NCBI GenBank assembly: GCA_951406725.2
Contig: OX597830.1
Location: 21,080,001-21,144,000 of the forward strand
Direction of reading: 5' to 3'
DNA from: Octopus vulgaris
Taxonomy: Eukaryota
Length of the DNA: 64,000 nt
Position 1 is the first letter of the stretch. Every line of letters begins with the position of its first letter. The notes under the pieces were generated by a model. It was not told the origin of the DNA, did not search any database, and saw nothing but the letters and a program-made list of their open reading frames with translations. Both the position numbers and the translations under genes were made by a program. Of the stretch, positions 1 to 14,059 are shown piece after piece.

Positions 1-185
1 ATCTGCCTGTAAACCTGAAGACAAAGAACAACCATCTGTTCAATGAAATTCCAAACTGCCTGTTGATAGAATTCTTGCTATACTTCTACCATTTGCTATC
101 CACCATCACCAACATCACCACTTCCAAAACAACCACATAAAAGATACATAAATACATATACACATGCATATATGTATATATACAC

Positions 186-220
<35 letters not shown>

Positions 221-234
221 TCTGTATATACATT

Positions 235-282
<48 letters not shown>

Positions 283-1719
283 GTGCCTGTGGGTTATGGT
301 TTCACTAATGCGGTGGATAGTCTTTCAGAACTACATCAACATTTGCTTTACCTCATCCCATCTATAAAAACATCTGGAACAGTTCATATCTCTTTCTCAC
401 TCTCTCTCTCTCTCTCTCTCTTTTTTATGCACACACACACACACATTCACACCCATGCATACATACACTCACTCACACACGTAGGCAAAACCACATGCAT
501 GCACACATACAGATACACATTCTTACATGCACTTATACACACATGCATACACATCCTCTTTAGAAATCATGAAGTCTTGTCCAGCTGATAAACACCATTG
601 CTGCTCTGTCTACCCCTCCCTCCCCCTCTTTCTCTCTGTGTCTCTTTTTCTCTCTTCCTCTCTCACCTCCTCCCACTCTGTGTCCTGTATTTCCATCGCC
701 TCCTCTGTATTTTTTTTTTATTATTCTAGTAGTGCCATACCAAAATATTTGGCTCAATCCAACTCCTCCACTGCCTCATGGCTCAGCACAACCCACCTTG
801 TGTTGTTGCTGTTCTTGCTGTTGCTTTTGTTGTTGTTGTTGTTGTTGTTGTTACTGTTATCTTATTCTCTCTTTCCAAATTCTGAACATGGACCAAACAA
901 ATTTCATCCAGATCCCCCTCCCATCCTCCACCAAAAGCGAAACAAACAAAGCTACAGGTCCGGTCCTTTGGCCCTACATCATGTTAGGAAGCACGCACAA
1001 AACAACACCAACAACCACCACCACCACCATCATCATCATCATGTCCACCTTCCCAAATGTGCATGGATCAGATGGAGTATTCTTGAGGCAGATTTTATTT
1101 TTCTACATCTGGATGCCCTTCCTGTCTTTAACCTTCACTTGATTCCATCCAAATAAGGTAATATTTACTCCGAGGCCAGACATGTTTTTGCAGAACATTG
1201 GAAATGAATGACATTTGCTTAAATGGATGACAGTGGCACTTATTCACAGCTATCGTGCAATATCTATAGCAAGGAAATGCAAATGTATCTTCGTCACCCC
1301 TTCCTTATATGTTTAGGAGAAGATTAAGATAAACACAGGTATAAATTGTTAGTTTCCATATGAAGAGTAAAGGGCCCCTTTGGTCATGAATGACCATGGG
1401 ATTGCACCTAGACAGTTACCCTCCAAGGCACAAGTCCTGGTAAGGTTGTTTATGGAAGACCAGCAGTCGCCCATGCATACCAGCCCCACCCCCTCTGCAC
1501 GCCACCAATGTTATCCAAGAGAAAGGCAAAGGGGCCAATACGGCTTGGTGCCAGTGACATCACAACTCATTTCTAAGGCTGAGTGAACTGGAGCAATGTG
1601 AAATGAAGTATGTTGCTCAAGAACACAACACACAGCCTGGTCCAGGAATTAAACTCACTACCTCGTGATTGTGACCCAAGCACTGTCGCCACTGAGCCAC
1701 GCATTCTCATATATATGTG

Positions 1720-1764
<45 letters not shown>

Positions 1765-3099
1765 TCTTTTACTTGTTTCAGTCATTTGACTGCGGCCACA
1801 CAGCCATACCTATATATATGTCTATATATATATATATATATATATTATAGATAAATATTGATAGATCTGATATATTTTCTTAAAAAGGATGGAGACCAAG
1901 AATATGTTTTCATCATCATGACTATCATCATCATCATCACAATCACAGTTGTTACCATCGTTATTGTCATCAGCAGCAGCTATTCATTTCAAGTTGTTTA
2001 CCAGTTCCTTAGAGGATCAATACAACATGTCACCACCACCATTATCATCATCATCATCATTACTATCATCATCGTCATCACCATCATCATTACTATCATC
2101 ACTATCATCATCATCATTGTCATCACCATCATCACTACCATCATCATCATCACCACCATCATCATCATCACCCAATTATCCCAGGTTGTTTCAAGTAGTG
2201 TTGGTGATCAATCGATCCAAAAGTGCAACACGTCAGCCATCATTGCACCTCCTAACCCTCCCATCATATTACAGTGTGAAGGACACAGGACTACTTCTCG
2301 CACCCCCCTCCGTCCCACTCCCACCCTGCCCCTGTTCTCTCATATATGGTGTTTCAGCTGTCTGATTCCAGTCTTTGCCTCAAGACTTCTACGTCACACC
2401 ACACAACACTTTGATGCCCATCATAAAAGCACCACCACATCACATTTCCATGCCAATGTAGATGTCCCTCTTCAGGGCCCACTTGTTTGTAGGCAGGAAA
2501 CTTCTACATTAGTCATCGCCAACATGTGGCCCACATGTTGAGTGGCACGCCTAACAACATGAGTGCAAGAACAAAATTTTCTTAGGGGATGCAAGCCCAG
2601 GTTTCCTTGCAGAATGTACAATGTTGTATATGTGTATATGTATATATATATATATGTGTGTGTGTTTATCACCCCCAACATCGCTTGACAACTGACATTG
2701 GTGTGTTTACGTCCCTGTAACTTAGCGGCTCGACAAAAGAGACTGATAGAGTAAGTACTAAACTTACAAAGAATACGTTCTGGGGTCGATTTGCTCGACT
2801 AAAGGCGGTGCTCCAGCATGGCCACAGTCAAATGACTGAAACAAGTAAAAGATAGAAAAGGGGAGTATTATTCTGTTGAGAACCCTAAAAAGAGATGGGA
2901 TTGTCACATCTGGAAAGCCTTTGATCATGAGGTTTACTTTGATCAGAGTTGACTTGGGTTTAAACAACTGCAATGACAACTAGAAGAACAACGCCAACAA
3001 CAACAACAGGAATTGTTGGGTTGTTAGTGTAAGTAAAGGGCATGGTGCTTTAGAGACAATGGAAATTACCATATTCCTAACAATTAAGTGGTTGTGTAG

Positions 3100-3905
3100 A
3101 ATGAGGTAAAGAGGGGGAGTGAGTGAGAGGGAGAGATAAAAGGAAAGGGTGAAGGAAGGTGGAGAGGTAGAAAGAAAGAGTGGGTAAGAGAGAGAGAGAT
3201 GTAAAGAGTGGAAGAGAGAGGGGGATAAAAAGATAGTAAAGAACAGAGATAGAAAGAAAGAGTAGGTGACAGAGAGATGTAAGGAGTGGAGGAGAGAGAG
3301 GGATAAATGGAAAGAGTGAAGAACAGAGAGATAGAGTGGGTGAGAGAGAGAGAGATGTAAAGAGTGGAGGAGAGAGAGGGGGGAGATAAAAAGAATGTGA
3401 TGGTAAGAGAGAGAAGGAGGAGTTAAGAAGTGGGGAAGTTAGAAAGAGTGAGTATTTAAGGGAGAGATGAAAGAAAAAAAAGTGAAGTGGAGAGTGTATT
3501 AAGGGGAGGTAATGAAGGGAGGGGAACTGAGTAAATATGAAGGAAAAGAACTGAGAGAGAGAGAGAAGGGCAGAGAAACAAAGAGAAAAGAAAAGAGAGG
3601 GGAAGAGAGACAGAGACGAAATGTATGTGATGGAGAAAGATGAGAAATGAGATGAAACGTGCAGTGGAAAGGAGAGAAAGTTAGAAAGATTGAGTGTCGA
3701 AGGTAAAGTCGAGAGAGAGAGACTGGAAGAGACAAAAGCAAGAAGAGCAATGAAAGTAAAAAATGGGAGGTAGAGAGAGTGTGTTAAGGGGAGATAATAA
3801 AAGGGGAGTAACAGAAAGAGTGGAAATAAAGGAAAGAAGCTCAAAGAGAGACGAAGAGTGTGTGTGTGTGCGCGTGCGTGTGTGTGTTTGTGTGTGTGTG
3901 TGTGC

Positions 3906-3948
<43 letters not shown>

Positions 3949-3990
3949 TGTGTGCGTGCGTGTGTGTGTTTGTGTGTGTGTGTGCGTGCG
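3100..3990. repeat. Purine-rich (GA) low-complexity tract followed by (GT/GCGT)n
   Basis: Directly visible; AGAGAGATGTAAAGAGTGGA.GAGAGAG recurs. Confidence 0.9.
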
Positions 3991-4197
3991 TGAAGTCAAA
4001 ACTCAAAAGGAAACCATTGTTTGTAATTTATGTTTTCATTTGTGGTCTTTCTTGCCATGTTTAAAGCAATAAGGCCGACAGATTGGCAGGATTGTTATTA
4101 GGTGCAAAGACAGCCGAGTGGTTAAGAAGCTTGATTTGCAACTGTGTGGTTTCAGGTTCTGTCCCACCGTGCGGTTTCTCTCCTCTTGAAGGAACTC

Positions 4198-4300
4198 TCC
4201 TGACGAGGAGACTGCGGTGGTTTGGTCATGTGTTGTGGCGCCCCCCCATGATGAACTGGTCTGGAGAGCAATAGTACCAGACCCTCTTTCCCCTCCGTGT
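4198..4300 (+). mobile_element. Short RTE-like ORF2 fragment
   Basis: TRRLRWFGHVLWRPP matches the RRLRW.GHV.R motif. Confidence 0.55.
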
Positions 4301-5088
4301 TGGCCTGACTGGAGAGGTGGATAGGGTTATGTTTGCAAAAAAATAGAAGACAAGATGACCACAGCTGCCAGATTAGCGAGAGAGAGAGAGAGAGAGAGGG
4401 GTCTCCACTCTGTTGTTACATCAGAGCTGATCTGGGAGTGTGATGGCCAGTGAACAACAGAGACAACCGCAATAGCTCAAACTGCTAGAAACACCAGCCA
4501 AGTTTCCCTTAACCTTTTAACATTCAGATCACTCTGTCAAGTGTAATGCCTGTCTATTCACACTGTTTGGTCTTAGCTTTGAAATTCTGATGATGTGGTT
4601 GCAGGTGTGAGAGGCCAGGTGTGGCCAGTTTTAACATGAAACAGGTAGAATATTTGTGCTGGATATGGCCAATTTAATCAGATTAGCCTGTCAAATATAA
4701 TGCTTGTTTCTTCACGTTGTTTAGATTATTCATGCATTATCTCATCGCTTCAAGATGTGATTGTTTATTTCTAGAATTTCTAGAATTTTTGGGCCGGATG
4801 TGACCCACTTGAATAATGAAGGGTTGAATTGTAGGTTTTTACTGTCTTCAAGAAGGAGGGCGCATGGAATAATGCACTCCTGGATAGGGTTATGTTTGCA
4901 AAAGAATAGAAGACAAGATGACCTCAGCTGCTAGATTAGGGAGAGAGAGAGAGAGGGACCACCACTCTGTTGTTACATCAGAGCTGATCTGGGAGTGTGA
5001 TGACGAGTAAACAACAGAGACAACGACAACAGCAGCAACAACAACTAGAGTACTGTTATTAATAGAAAAGTGAGGTTATCTTAAACTT

Positions 5089-5478
5089 TAGGAGTGGCTG
5101 TGTGGTAAGTAGCTTGCTTACGAACCGCATGGTTCTGGGTTCAGTCCCACTGCATGGCACCTTGGGCAAGTATCTTCTACTGTAGCCTCAGGCCGACCAA
5201 AGCCTTCTGAGTGGATTTGGTTGACGGAAACTGAAAGAAGCCCGTCATATATATATGTATGTGTGTATATGTTTGTGTGCCTATGTTTGTCCCCCCAACA
5301 TCGCTTGACAGCCGATGCTGGAGTGTTTACGTCCCCGTAACTTAGCGGTTCGGCAAAAGAGACTGATAGAAATAAGTACTAGGCTTACAAAGAATAAGTC
5401 CTGGAGTTGGTTTGCTCGACTAAAGGCGGTGCTCCAGCATGGCCTCAGTCAAATGACTGAAACAATTAAAAGAGTAAA
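5089..5478 (+). mobile_element. tRNA-derived SINE family A (CORE-like), full-length reference copy with internal (TA/TG)n microsatellite
   Basis: A-box TGGCTGTGTGG, B-box GGTTCAGTCCC, CORE-like GCACCTTGGGCAAGT, tail ..GCATGGCC.CAGTCAAATGACTGAAACAA.TAAAAGA. More than 20 copies or fragments in the window. Confidence 0.9.
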
Positions 5479-5513
5479 AGAGAGAGTCTGTGCTGCATGT
5501 CTTCTTCCACTCA

Positions 5514-5554
<41 letters not shown>

Positions 5555-5817
5555 TTTTCTTAAAGTTTATGTGTGTTTTATATATTTATATTGTGAAATT
5601 TGATTTAATACTAAATTGAATTTTTCCCTGTAAGTTTGGAGTTATACTCCCTAATATTATTATTATTATTATTATTATTATATAATATATATATAAATAT
5701 AAACTTACATACGCATACACAAACACACACAAAAAGAAAAATTTCCATGAACCACCATAAAGTAAAACTTTCACAAACAGAGCAAAACAATTTCATTTAT
5801 CAAGTTGGTTTCCTGTA

Positions 5818-5848
<31 letters not shown>

Positions 5849-6011
5849 GTAATAATAATAGTAAGTAGTAGTAGTAGTAGTTTACTTGAAATATAATCTT
5901 CGGATGAGGTGGAGGTGCATGTAATGTGCCTGCAAATGCAAGTGTGTGGAGGGATGACGCATAAACATACATGCCAGTGTGTGTATATATATATATATAT
6001 ATATGTGTGTA

Positions 6012-6043
<32 letters not shown>

Positions 6044-6543
6044 CATATGCCCATACACACCTCTTTAATATATATACTGTGTAATGGATATACGTTTCTT
6101 TCCATACGCACGCATCCCTTACATACGTACGTATGTACAGAAAATTCTTTGTCAAGTTGGTAAAGTTACGTTACCGAAACCTTTCCTCACTAGTGGAACT
6201 AAGTCTTCTTCTGTATTGCTACCATTACCGGCACCGCCACCACCACCACCATCACCACCACCACCACCATCACCACCGCCGCTTCAGGTTTAAAGGAAGT
6301 GACTCACTTGTAGAGGTATGTGACTGCAAAAATTTCGCTGGTCTCCATCACCACCTCCACCCCGTTTCTACCCAACCACCTTTCACTCAAACTGTTGGTG
6401 ACTATTATTATTTATTTATATTATTACTACTACTTCTTTAAATTCTAATCCTTTTTTTTTATTAGTATTATTCTCATGGGACCCTCCCACACACATTTAT
6501 ACACCTGATTGTCCTTAAGTTATTTTATTATTATCATCATCAA

Positions 6544-6631
<88 letters not shown>

Positions 6632-6639
6632 GTCCTCCA

Positions 6640-6886
6640 TATGAAAGCAGCAAGTTGGCAGAATCGTTACCATTCCAGGCAAAATGCATAGCGGGTATTT
6701 CGCCTGTCCCTACGTTCTGAGTTCAAATTCTGCTGAGGTAGACTTTGCCTTTCACCCTTTCAGGGTTGATAAATTAGGTACCACTTGCATACTGGGGGGT
6801 CAATCTAATCGACTGGCCCGCCCCCCACTCCCCAAAAATTTCAGGCCTTGTGTCTAGAGTAGAAAAGATTATTATTATCATCATCA

Positions 6887-6935
<49 letters not shown>

Positions 6936-7382
6936 CATTGTCCTCCATATGAAGGCGGCAAGCTGGCAGAATCATTAGCACACCGGACGAAATGCATAGC
7001 GGTATTTCGCCCGTCGCTGCATTCTGAGTTCAAATTCTGCTGAGGTCAACTTTCCCTTTCGCCCTTTCGGGGCTCGATAAATTAAGTACCAGTTGCGTAC
7101 TGGAGTCGCTCTAATCGACTGACACCCTCCCTCAAAATTTCAGGCCTTGTGCCTAGAGTAGCAAGGATTATTGTCTTCCATATCTTGGGCCCTTGTGACC
7201 AATAAAAGAAATTCTTATTTTTCAAACCTTTATATGTTACATATACATCCCTTTTTTTTCATTGTAATGTTAACTTATTTTTTTTAAAGTTTTATTATTT
7301 TATTATATAAGTAAACCCTAACACCTTCTGTCTGTCTTTATACTGTCCCCATCATCCTTCACCCTGGTGGCATATAAATGAA

Positions 7383-7421
<39 letters not shown>

Positions 7422-7645
7422 AGGCGGTGAGCTGGCAGAATCGTTAGCACGAAATGCGCAACCGTATTTCGTCTGCCGTTACGTTCTGAGTTCAAATTCC
7501 CCTGAGGTCGACTTTGCCTTTCATCCTTTCGGGGTCAATAAATAAGGTACCAGTTACGCACTGGGGTCGATGTAATCGACTTAATCCGTTTGTCTGTCTT
7601 TGTTTGTCCCCTCTGTGTTTAGCCCCTTGTGGGCAGTAAAGAAAT
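6640..7645 (+). mobile_element. Cluster of three tRNA-derived SINE family B copies in (ATT)n
   Basis: A-box TGGCAGAATCGTTAG, B-box GAGTTCAAATTCC, and a central GACTTTGCCTTTCATCCTTTCGGGGTC.ATAAAT.AGTACCAG block that resembles the MetaSINE/Sauria-type central domain (from memory). Confidence 0.85.
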
Positions 7646-8107
7646 ATATATATTAGTGTTATTATTATTATTATTGTTGTTGTTGTTACTACTGCTAATA
7701 CTACTACTACTATTACTACTACTTCTACTACTATAAATTGTAATCCTTGAGGTTAGTATTATTCTAATCGATCCCCACCCTCCACATCAAATTGCCCTTG
7801 TGGCAAAAAGTAGTTTTCGTTATTATTTATTAGTGGTGGTGGTGGTGGTGGTGGTGGTGACGGAGGTGGCGGCGGTGGAAATGAATTTCTAATCCTTTTT
7901 GGAGCCACTTCAGTTTTTTTGAGTTGCCTAATAAATACCCCTGAGAGCAAAAAATGCTTGGAAGTTACAGCATCTCGTTTCCGTTTTATACCCCGTTACC
8001 CCACCCCACCCCACCCTATCCTGCCGTCGCCTTGTTCTTTTTTTTTTTTTTTAAGGAAAAAAACTAAAAATCTTAAATCATTACTACATGAGTAGGAAAT
8101 GTGTAAC

Positions 8108-8232
<125 letters not shown>

Positions 8233-8430
8233 TCCAGGCCTGTCCCACCCCTGATTAAGCAGAGCGAGGACCAAAAGCAGTCTCTCTTGCTTTCAGGTGT
8301 AGTGTGTGTGTATCTTGATTAGACTCGGAGATAATTTATATAGAGAGGGGTGGTCGTGGATGGTGTGCCTTTGATCTATGATTGATGACATTCCCACTAT
8401 GAATGAACTTTGTGTGTGTGTGTGTTTTAG

Positions 8431-8601
8431 GTTTACGTAGTTGTGTGGTAAGAAGCTTGCTTCATAACCACATAGTTCTAGGTTCAGTCCCACTCTATGG
8501 CTTCTTGGGCAAGTGTCTTCTACTATAGCCTTGGACTGTCCAAAGCCTTGTGAGTGGATTTGGTAGACAGAAACTGGAAGAAGCCCATCATACATATGTG
8601 G

Positions 8602-8648
<47 letters not shown>

Positions 8649-9365
8649 TGTATGTATGTATGTATGTATGTATGTATGTATGTATGTATGTATGTATGTA
8701 TGTATGTATGTATGTATGTATGTATGTATGTATGTATGTATGTATGTATGTATGTATGTATGTATGTATGTATGTATGTATGTATGTATGTATGTATGTA
8801 TGTATGTATGTATGTATGTATGTATGTATGTATGTATGTATGTATGTATGTATGTATGTATGTATGTATGTATGTATGTATGTATGTATGTATGTATGTA
8901 TGTATGTATGTATGTATGTATGTATGTATGTATGTATGTATGTATGTATGTATGTATGTATGTATGTATGTATGTATGTATGTATGTATGTATGTATGTA
9001 TGTATGTATGTATGTATGTATGTATGTATGTATGTATGTATGTATGTATGTATGTATGTATGTATGTATGTATGTATGTATGTATGTATGTATGTATGTA
9101 TGTATGTATGTATGTATGCATGTATGTGTATCTATATATATGTATGTATGTATATGTATGTATGTATATATATGTATATGTATGTATATATATGTGTGTG
9201 TATATATATATGTAACATGGTATAAATATCTATGTGTGTGTGTATCTGTGTTTGTCCCCCACCACTACTTGGCAACCAGTGTTGGTATGTTTACATCCCT
9301 ATGACTTAGTTCATTGAAAGCGACTGGTAGAATAAGTACTAAGCTTACAAAGAATGGGTCCTGGG
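8431..9365 (+). mobile_element. SINE family A copy with hugely expanded internal microsatellite
   Basis: Family A head (8431-8590) and tail (9245-9365) flank (TATG)n. Confidence 0.85.
8619..9118. repeat. (TATG)n microsatellite, ~500 bp, uninterrupted
   Basis: Directly visible. Confidence 0.98.
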
Positions 9366-10255
9366 CCCCAAGGTGCTATGTAGTGTGGCACTGAACCTGG
9401 AACCATGTGGTTGGGAAACAAGCTTCTTACCACACAGCAACCACACCTGTACCTATGTAAAACAGGTAGAATATTTGGGCTCTTTGCCAAAACATCTCAT
9501 ACCCAGAAGATTAAGGGAAGAGCAAAATCTAACTGCTATTTCTAGCATACTCGAAATAGATCTGTGTAGGGGTTGTCTTGTTGGTTTGTTCTGGTTGTGT
9601 TGGTGAGAAACATATGGATTAAATGTTCCATGTTTAAGGTCGGTGGGGGGTGGGGGTGGGGTGGAGATGGTTTGTTCTTGGATCATTATGTGTGTGTGTG
9701 TGTGTGTGTGCATCCATGGGTGTGTGAATGCGTTTATTCCTCGACACCCCATCCCCCCCCCACGCTCCTTTTCAGTATTTCATTGTTCTATCAAATCTCA
9801 TTCACTCTGTATCTTTTTTCTCCCCCCCCCCCTTCTCTCTCCTCCCCCTTTTTCCATCTATTTTTTTCTCTTTTACTAAATATTTGTCTTTCTCCCTCTC
9901 TCTATCATTTCTTCTCTCTCTCTCTACCTCTCTTTTGAAACTTTCCTATCTTTTCTCTATCTCCTTCCCTCTTTCTCCATCTCTCTCTATTTCCTTTGCA
10001 CTCTCTCCATTCCTCTCCCTCTCTCTCTCTCTCTTGTGCTCTGATATTTTAACCCCTCTTAATATTGTGCTATATATACACACATATACATACACACACA
10101 CACGTATATATATATATATATATATGCACCTACACACACTATATACACAAACACATGCACACACACACACATTTCATTACCCCCTCTTTCATTCTTTCTT
10201 TCTCTGTCTCAGCTTCACTTCTGGTCCCCCTCCAATCTTTCATCTGCAACATTTC

Positions 10256-10286
<31 letters not shown>

Positions 10287-11049
10287 GCCTTATCACAGAT
10301 TCCGCTAGAATGGTCATCCTATCTTTTGCAGTTTTTTTTTTGTGTGAGTGTTTTTTTTTAGTGACTTGTGATGGACGAGGTGGAAGGGACACTTTTTGTT
10401 GTTAGTTTGCTGCTGCTGTTGTTGTTGTTGTTTTTGCCGTCGACGGCGGTGGTGGCCGTGGTGGGGTTGGAGTTAAGATCACACTGAAAATCTGGAATAC
10501 AGTGGACATGCATAATTCCACCACCATCCATCCCTTGCTCACCTAGCAACAACAACAACAAGTTACAATAATAATAATAATAGTTATAGTAGTAATAATA
10601 ATAACAATAATCAAAGTAGTAGTAGTAGTAGTAGTAGTCATAGTAATAATAATAACAATGATATTTCTTGAGAAGATAAAAACCTTCTCTGGAGATGTTG
10701 AATGGTAGTTGCTGTTGGTTCTTTAAACCATTTTTGGGCTGTGTTTTTGGGGGGTTTTTTTTTTTGAGGGGAGGGTAATCAATATTCTTGCCCTCCTGTC
10801 TCCCCCACCCTACTCCTATTTGTGAGTATATGCGCACAAAAACCAGTTGTATCTTATATAGGCATGTATGTAGTCATCTGACTATGTGCACACACACACA
10901 CACACATAGACACACAAGCACATGCACAATGCATATATGCACCTATGTACGCACTGACAAACAATTGTTTGTGACCAAGAGATTAGTGTGTATGTTTATA
11001 TATGTATGTGTATATGCATATGCTCGCATATGTAGTTAGATGTGTGGAT

Positions 11050-11117
11050 ACTATAGCCTTGGCTGACTAAAGCCTTGTGAGTGGATTTGGTAGACGGAAA
11101 CTGGAAGAAGCCCGTCG

Positions 11118-11176
<59 letters not shown>

Positions 11177-11377
11177 ATATGTTTGTGTGTCTGTGTTTGT
11201 CCCCCCCCCCCCAGCATCGCTTGACAACTGATGCTGGTGTGTTTACATCCCCGTAACTTAGCAGTTTGGCAAAAGAGACCGCTAGAATAAGTACTAGGCT
11301 TACAAAGAATAAGTCCTGGGGTCGATTTGCTTGACTAAAGGCGGTGCTCCAGCATGGCCACAGTCAAATGACTGAAA
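11050..11377 (+). mobile_element. SINE family A, 5'-truncated (another 3' half at 2660-2855)
   Basis: Matches the body and tail of 5089-5478. Confidence 0.85.
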
Positions 11378-11485
11378 ATCATGTTTTGTGTTGTTTTTAA
11401 TATTAGAATTAAAATCACTCTTCTTATGACAACTAGATTTCTTGTCTTGAATTGTAGATAAAAGATGAGATTGAGCAGAATCGAT

Positions 11486-12011
11486 TTATGTAACTTTTTC
11501 TTTATACCCTGCTTTAATTAAAGCAGAGTTATAAAATTCTGCCTTGTCGTTAAAAATGTTAACATTGGCGGATAGTTTAGACAATCTAACTGAAATATTT
11601 TTAACTAAATTCTTAGCAATTGCCCTAGTGTGATTACTGGAAGGACTAATATACTTGAGATTGGTGGAAGGTTTGTGGTATGGGAAGTATGAGTTATTTT
11701 GCAAATTAAGAGTAATATCTACAAAGTTAGCTTTAATTATCTCATCGTCAAAAACGATGTGAAAGCCCATGTATTTTTTGATTGGAAATGTTTTGGAGGT
11801 AAAGCTGGTCAGCCATTTCATGAAGTATATATGTGCCAACTGAATCCGCAGTTTGAGCAGAATCTGAACTCCCCATTGGGACATCAAACGTGTTGGGAGT
11901 AACTTTCTGGACCCACAACTTGTTATCAAACTTAATGATTGATTTTCTAGCAGCCAGTACCACATATGCCGAAAGTAAAAGAATTTGAATAACATCTGCA
12001 TTTAACTCCAA
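11486..12011 (-). pseudogene. Penelope-like element (PLE) reverse transcriptase fragment, frameshifted
   Basis: Two overlapping minus-strand frames give ARKSIIKFDNKLWVQK..FDVPMGSSDSAQTADSVGTYIL and ANFVDITLNLQNNSYFPYHKPSTNLKYISPSSNH..RLSKLSANVNIFN..YNSALIKAGY. These match the PLE RT pattern FDVTMGSYDGAE.CELVG.YIL / NFLDVTL..Y.PY.KP..SNHP..AL..SGY. The catalytic YxDD segment is missing. Confidence 0.85.
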
Positions 12012-12293
12012 TTATTTACTTATTTATATTTACATATACATACATACACATATATACATATATATATATATATAAACGAACAACTGATGAAGGGCAATAT
12101 TCTTTATGTTGCATGTCTTATTTCTCTATTTGTTTTGTTTTTTTTTTTTGTTCGCAAAAAGTCCGTTTTCTGTTTTTGTTTTTATGTTTTCGTTTCTCAT
12201 TGTGCTGAACGTTTTTTTTTTGATGTCCTGTACCCATATATGCATGTATATGTACATATATGTAGGTATATATGCATATACTCATATATTATT

Positions 12294-12340
<47 letters not shown>

Positions 12341-13676
12341 GTGTGTGTGTGTGTGTAATATATAGAAAGTCTCTGAGTGACCATCTGTGTATCATTCTAA
12401 ACATATATATATACCTTTGGAAAGCATGATGCTGTGGTTTTTGTCTGAGTGAAAAAATCACTTCGCAGATGTGATGTGCTAAAACCACATTATGCGTAAG
12501 AGCTTGCTGAAGCTCCTTCCTGCTGTGACACATGTGAACAACTGTGGTGCTTCGCTATCACTCTACTTGGCGTGCTCGTGCTCGACAGTAATATCTGCCC
12601 ATTTGTCCACCTGCTTAGATGACAATTTGGGTTTTGTCATCATAAGCATCATCATCATCATCATTGTTTTAAGGTTTTTAATGTCAACTCGTCTATCATC
12701 ATGGCCATCAGTATCATCATCATCATCAGCACCATCAGCACGATTATCTCTAAATATCATCCTCATCATATCTCTTACTACTGCCACCACCCTTACTTAT
12801 CTTGTTTTCAAGTTTTGGCACAAGGCCAGCAATTTTGAGGGGGAGGGGGTTAAGTCAATTATATCGACCCCATTGCTCCATAGGTACTTGTTTTATCGAA
12901 CCCCCGAAAGGATGAAAGAGGCAACCTTGATGGAATTTGAACTCAGAATGCAAAGATGGGTGAAATACCTCCAAGCGTATTGCCCTGTGCTGTAACAATT
13001 CCAATAGCTCACTGCCTTTTGCTCTTACTGAAATTGCTGCTACCATCCTTAACTCTACTGCCGCCATCACCATTTCCATCACATGTTTTGTTTTTACTCT
13101 TACTGCTATCACCACCACCACCACCACCACTTACCTCATTATTATTGTCTCTACCACATCTCACACCATCACTGTCATCATCACCCGCCACCACCACCAT
13201 CATCACTATTACAAACACCACCATCACCACCACTTTTATCATCATCATCATCATCATCATAGTCACTATCATCTACAACCTCTCTTACCCGACCATCACA
13301 ACCTTCACAAACACTTCCGCCACCACCAACAACTATTGTTGCCACTACCAAACTCCTTTCTACCATCGCCATTTTCATAACCACCACTGCCACCATCTTC
13401 ACTGTTCAGTTTACATGTTACCATTGTTGTTTACCATTATTCTTTGTCTTCCTCCTCATCTGTCTCCTCTTCTTCTTACTCTATGCTCCTCTTCCCCCCG
13501 CCCCCATTTCATCTGTTCCAACTGATTCCTTCATCTACCATTATAAACTTTACTTTCAGGAGAGAATGAGTTGAGATCCCTGCAAGGTAGGACACAAATT
13601 CTTTCTATATTGCTGTTGAGGTTTAAAAAAAAAAAAAAAAAAAAAAAAATTACAGGGGAAGGACGGGAGGTGGGGT

Positions 13677-14059
13677 GGGGGCTGGTTCCCTTTGGATCTT
13701 TCCTTAACTCTTAAAAACATTTAACCAAGCCATATCTGGCCCAAATATTCTATCTGTTCTATGTTCAAAACCAGGGGGCTGGTTCCCTTTGGGTCTTTCC
13801 TTAACTCTTAACCATTCAACCAAGCCATATCTGGCCCAAATATTCTATCTGTTCTATGTTCAAAACCAGGGGGCTGGTTCCCTTTGGGTCTTTCCTTAAC
13901 TCTTAACCATTCAACCAAGCCATATCTGGCCCAAATATTCTATCTGTTCTATGTTCAAAACCAGGGGGCTGGTTCTCTTTAGGTCTTTCCTTAACTCTTA
14001 ACCATTCAACCAAGCCATATCTGGCCCAAATATTCTATCTGTTCTATGTTCAAAACCAG
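13677..14059. repeat. 95-bp tandem repeat, 4 copies, spanning a MITE end and its flank
   Basis: GCTGGTTC starts at 13681, 13778, 13873 and 13968. Confidence 0.95.

Noticed and set aside
6289-6316. 28-nt exon-like segment (cag|..GAG|gtatgt); similar 22-nt segment at 1317-1338
   Set aside because: The acceptor is (CAC)n-derived in the first case and the donor is weak in the second. Neither is frame-preserving, and both are within chance expectation.
8550-9304. (MYVC)n ORFs
   Set aside because: Translation of (TATG)n. The same applies to the poly-YI, poly-H, poly-Q and poly-I ORFs across the window.
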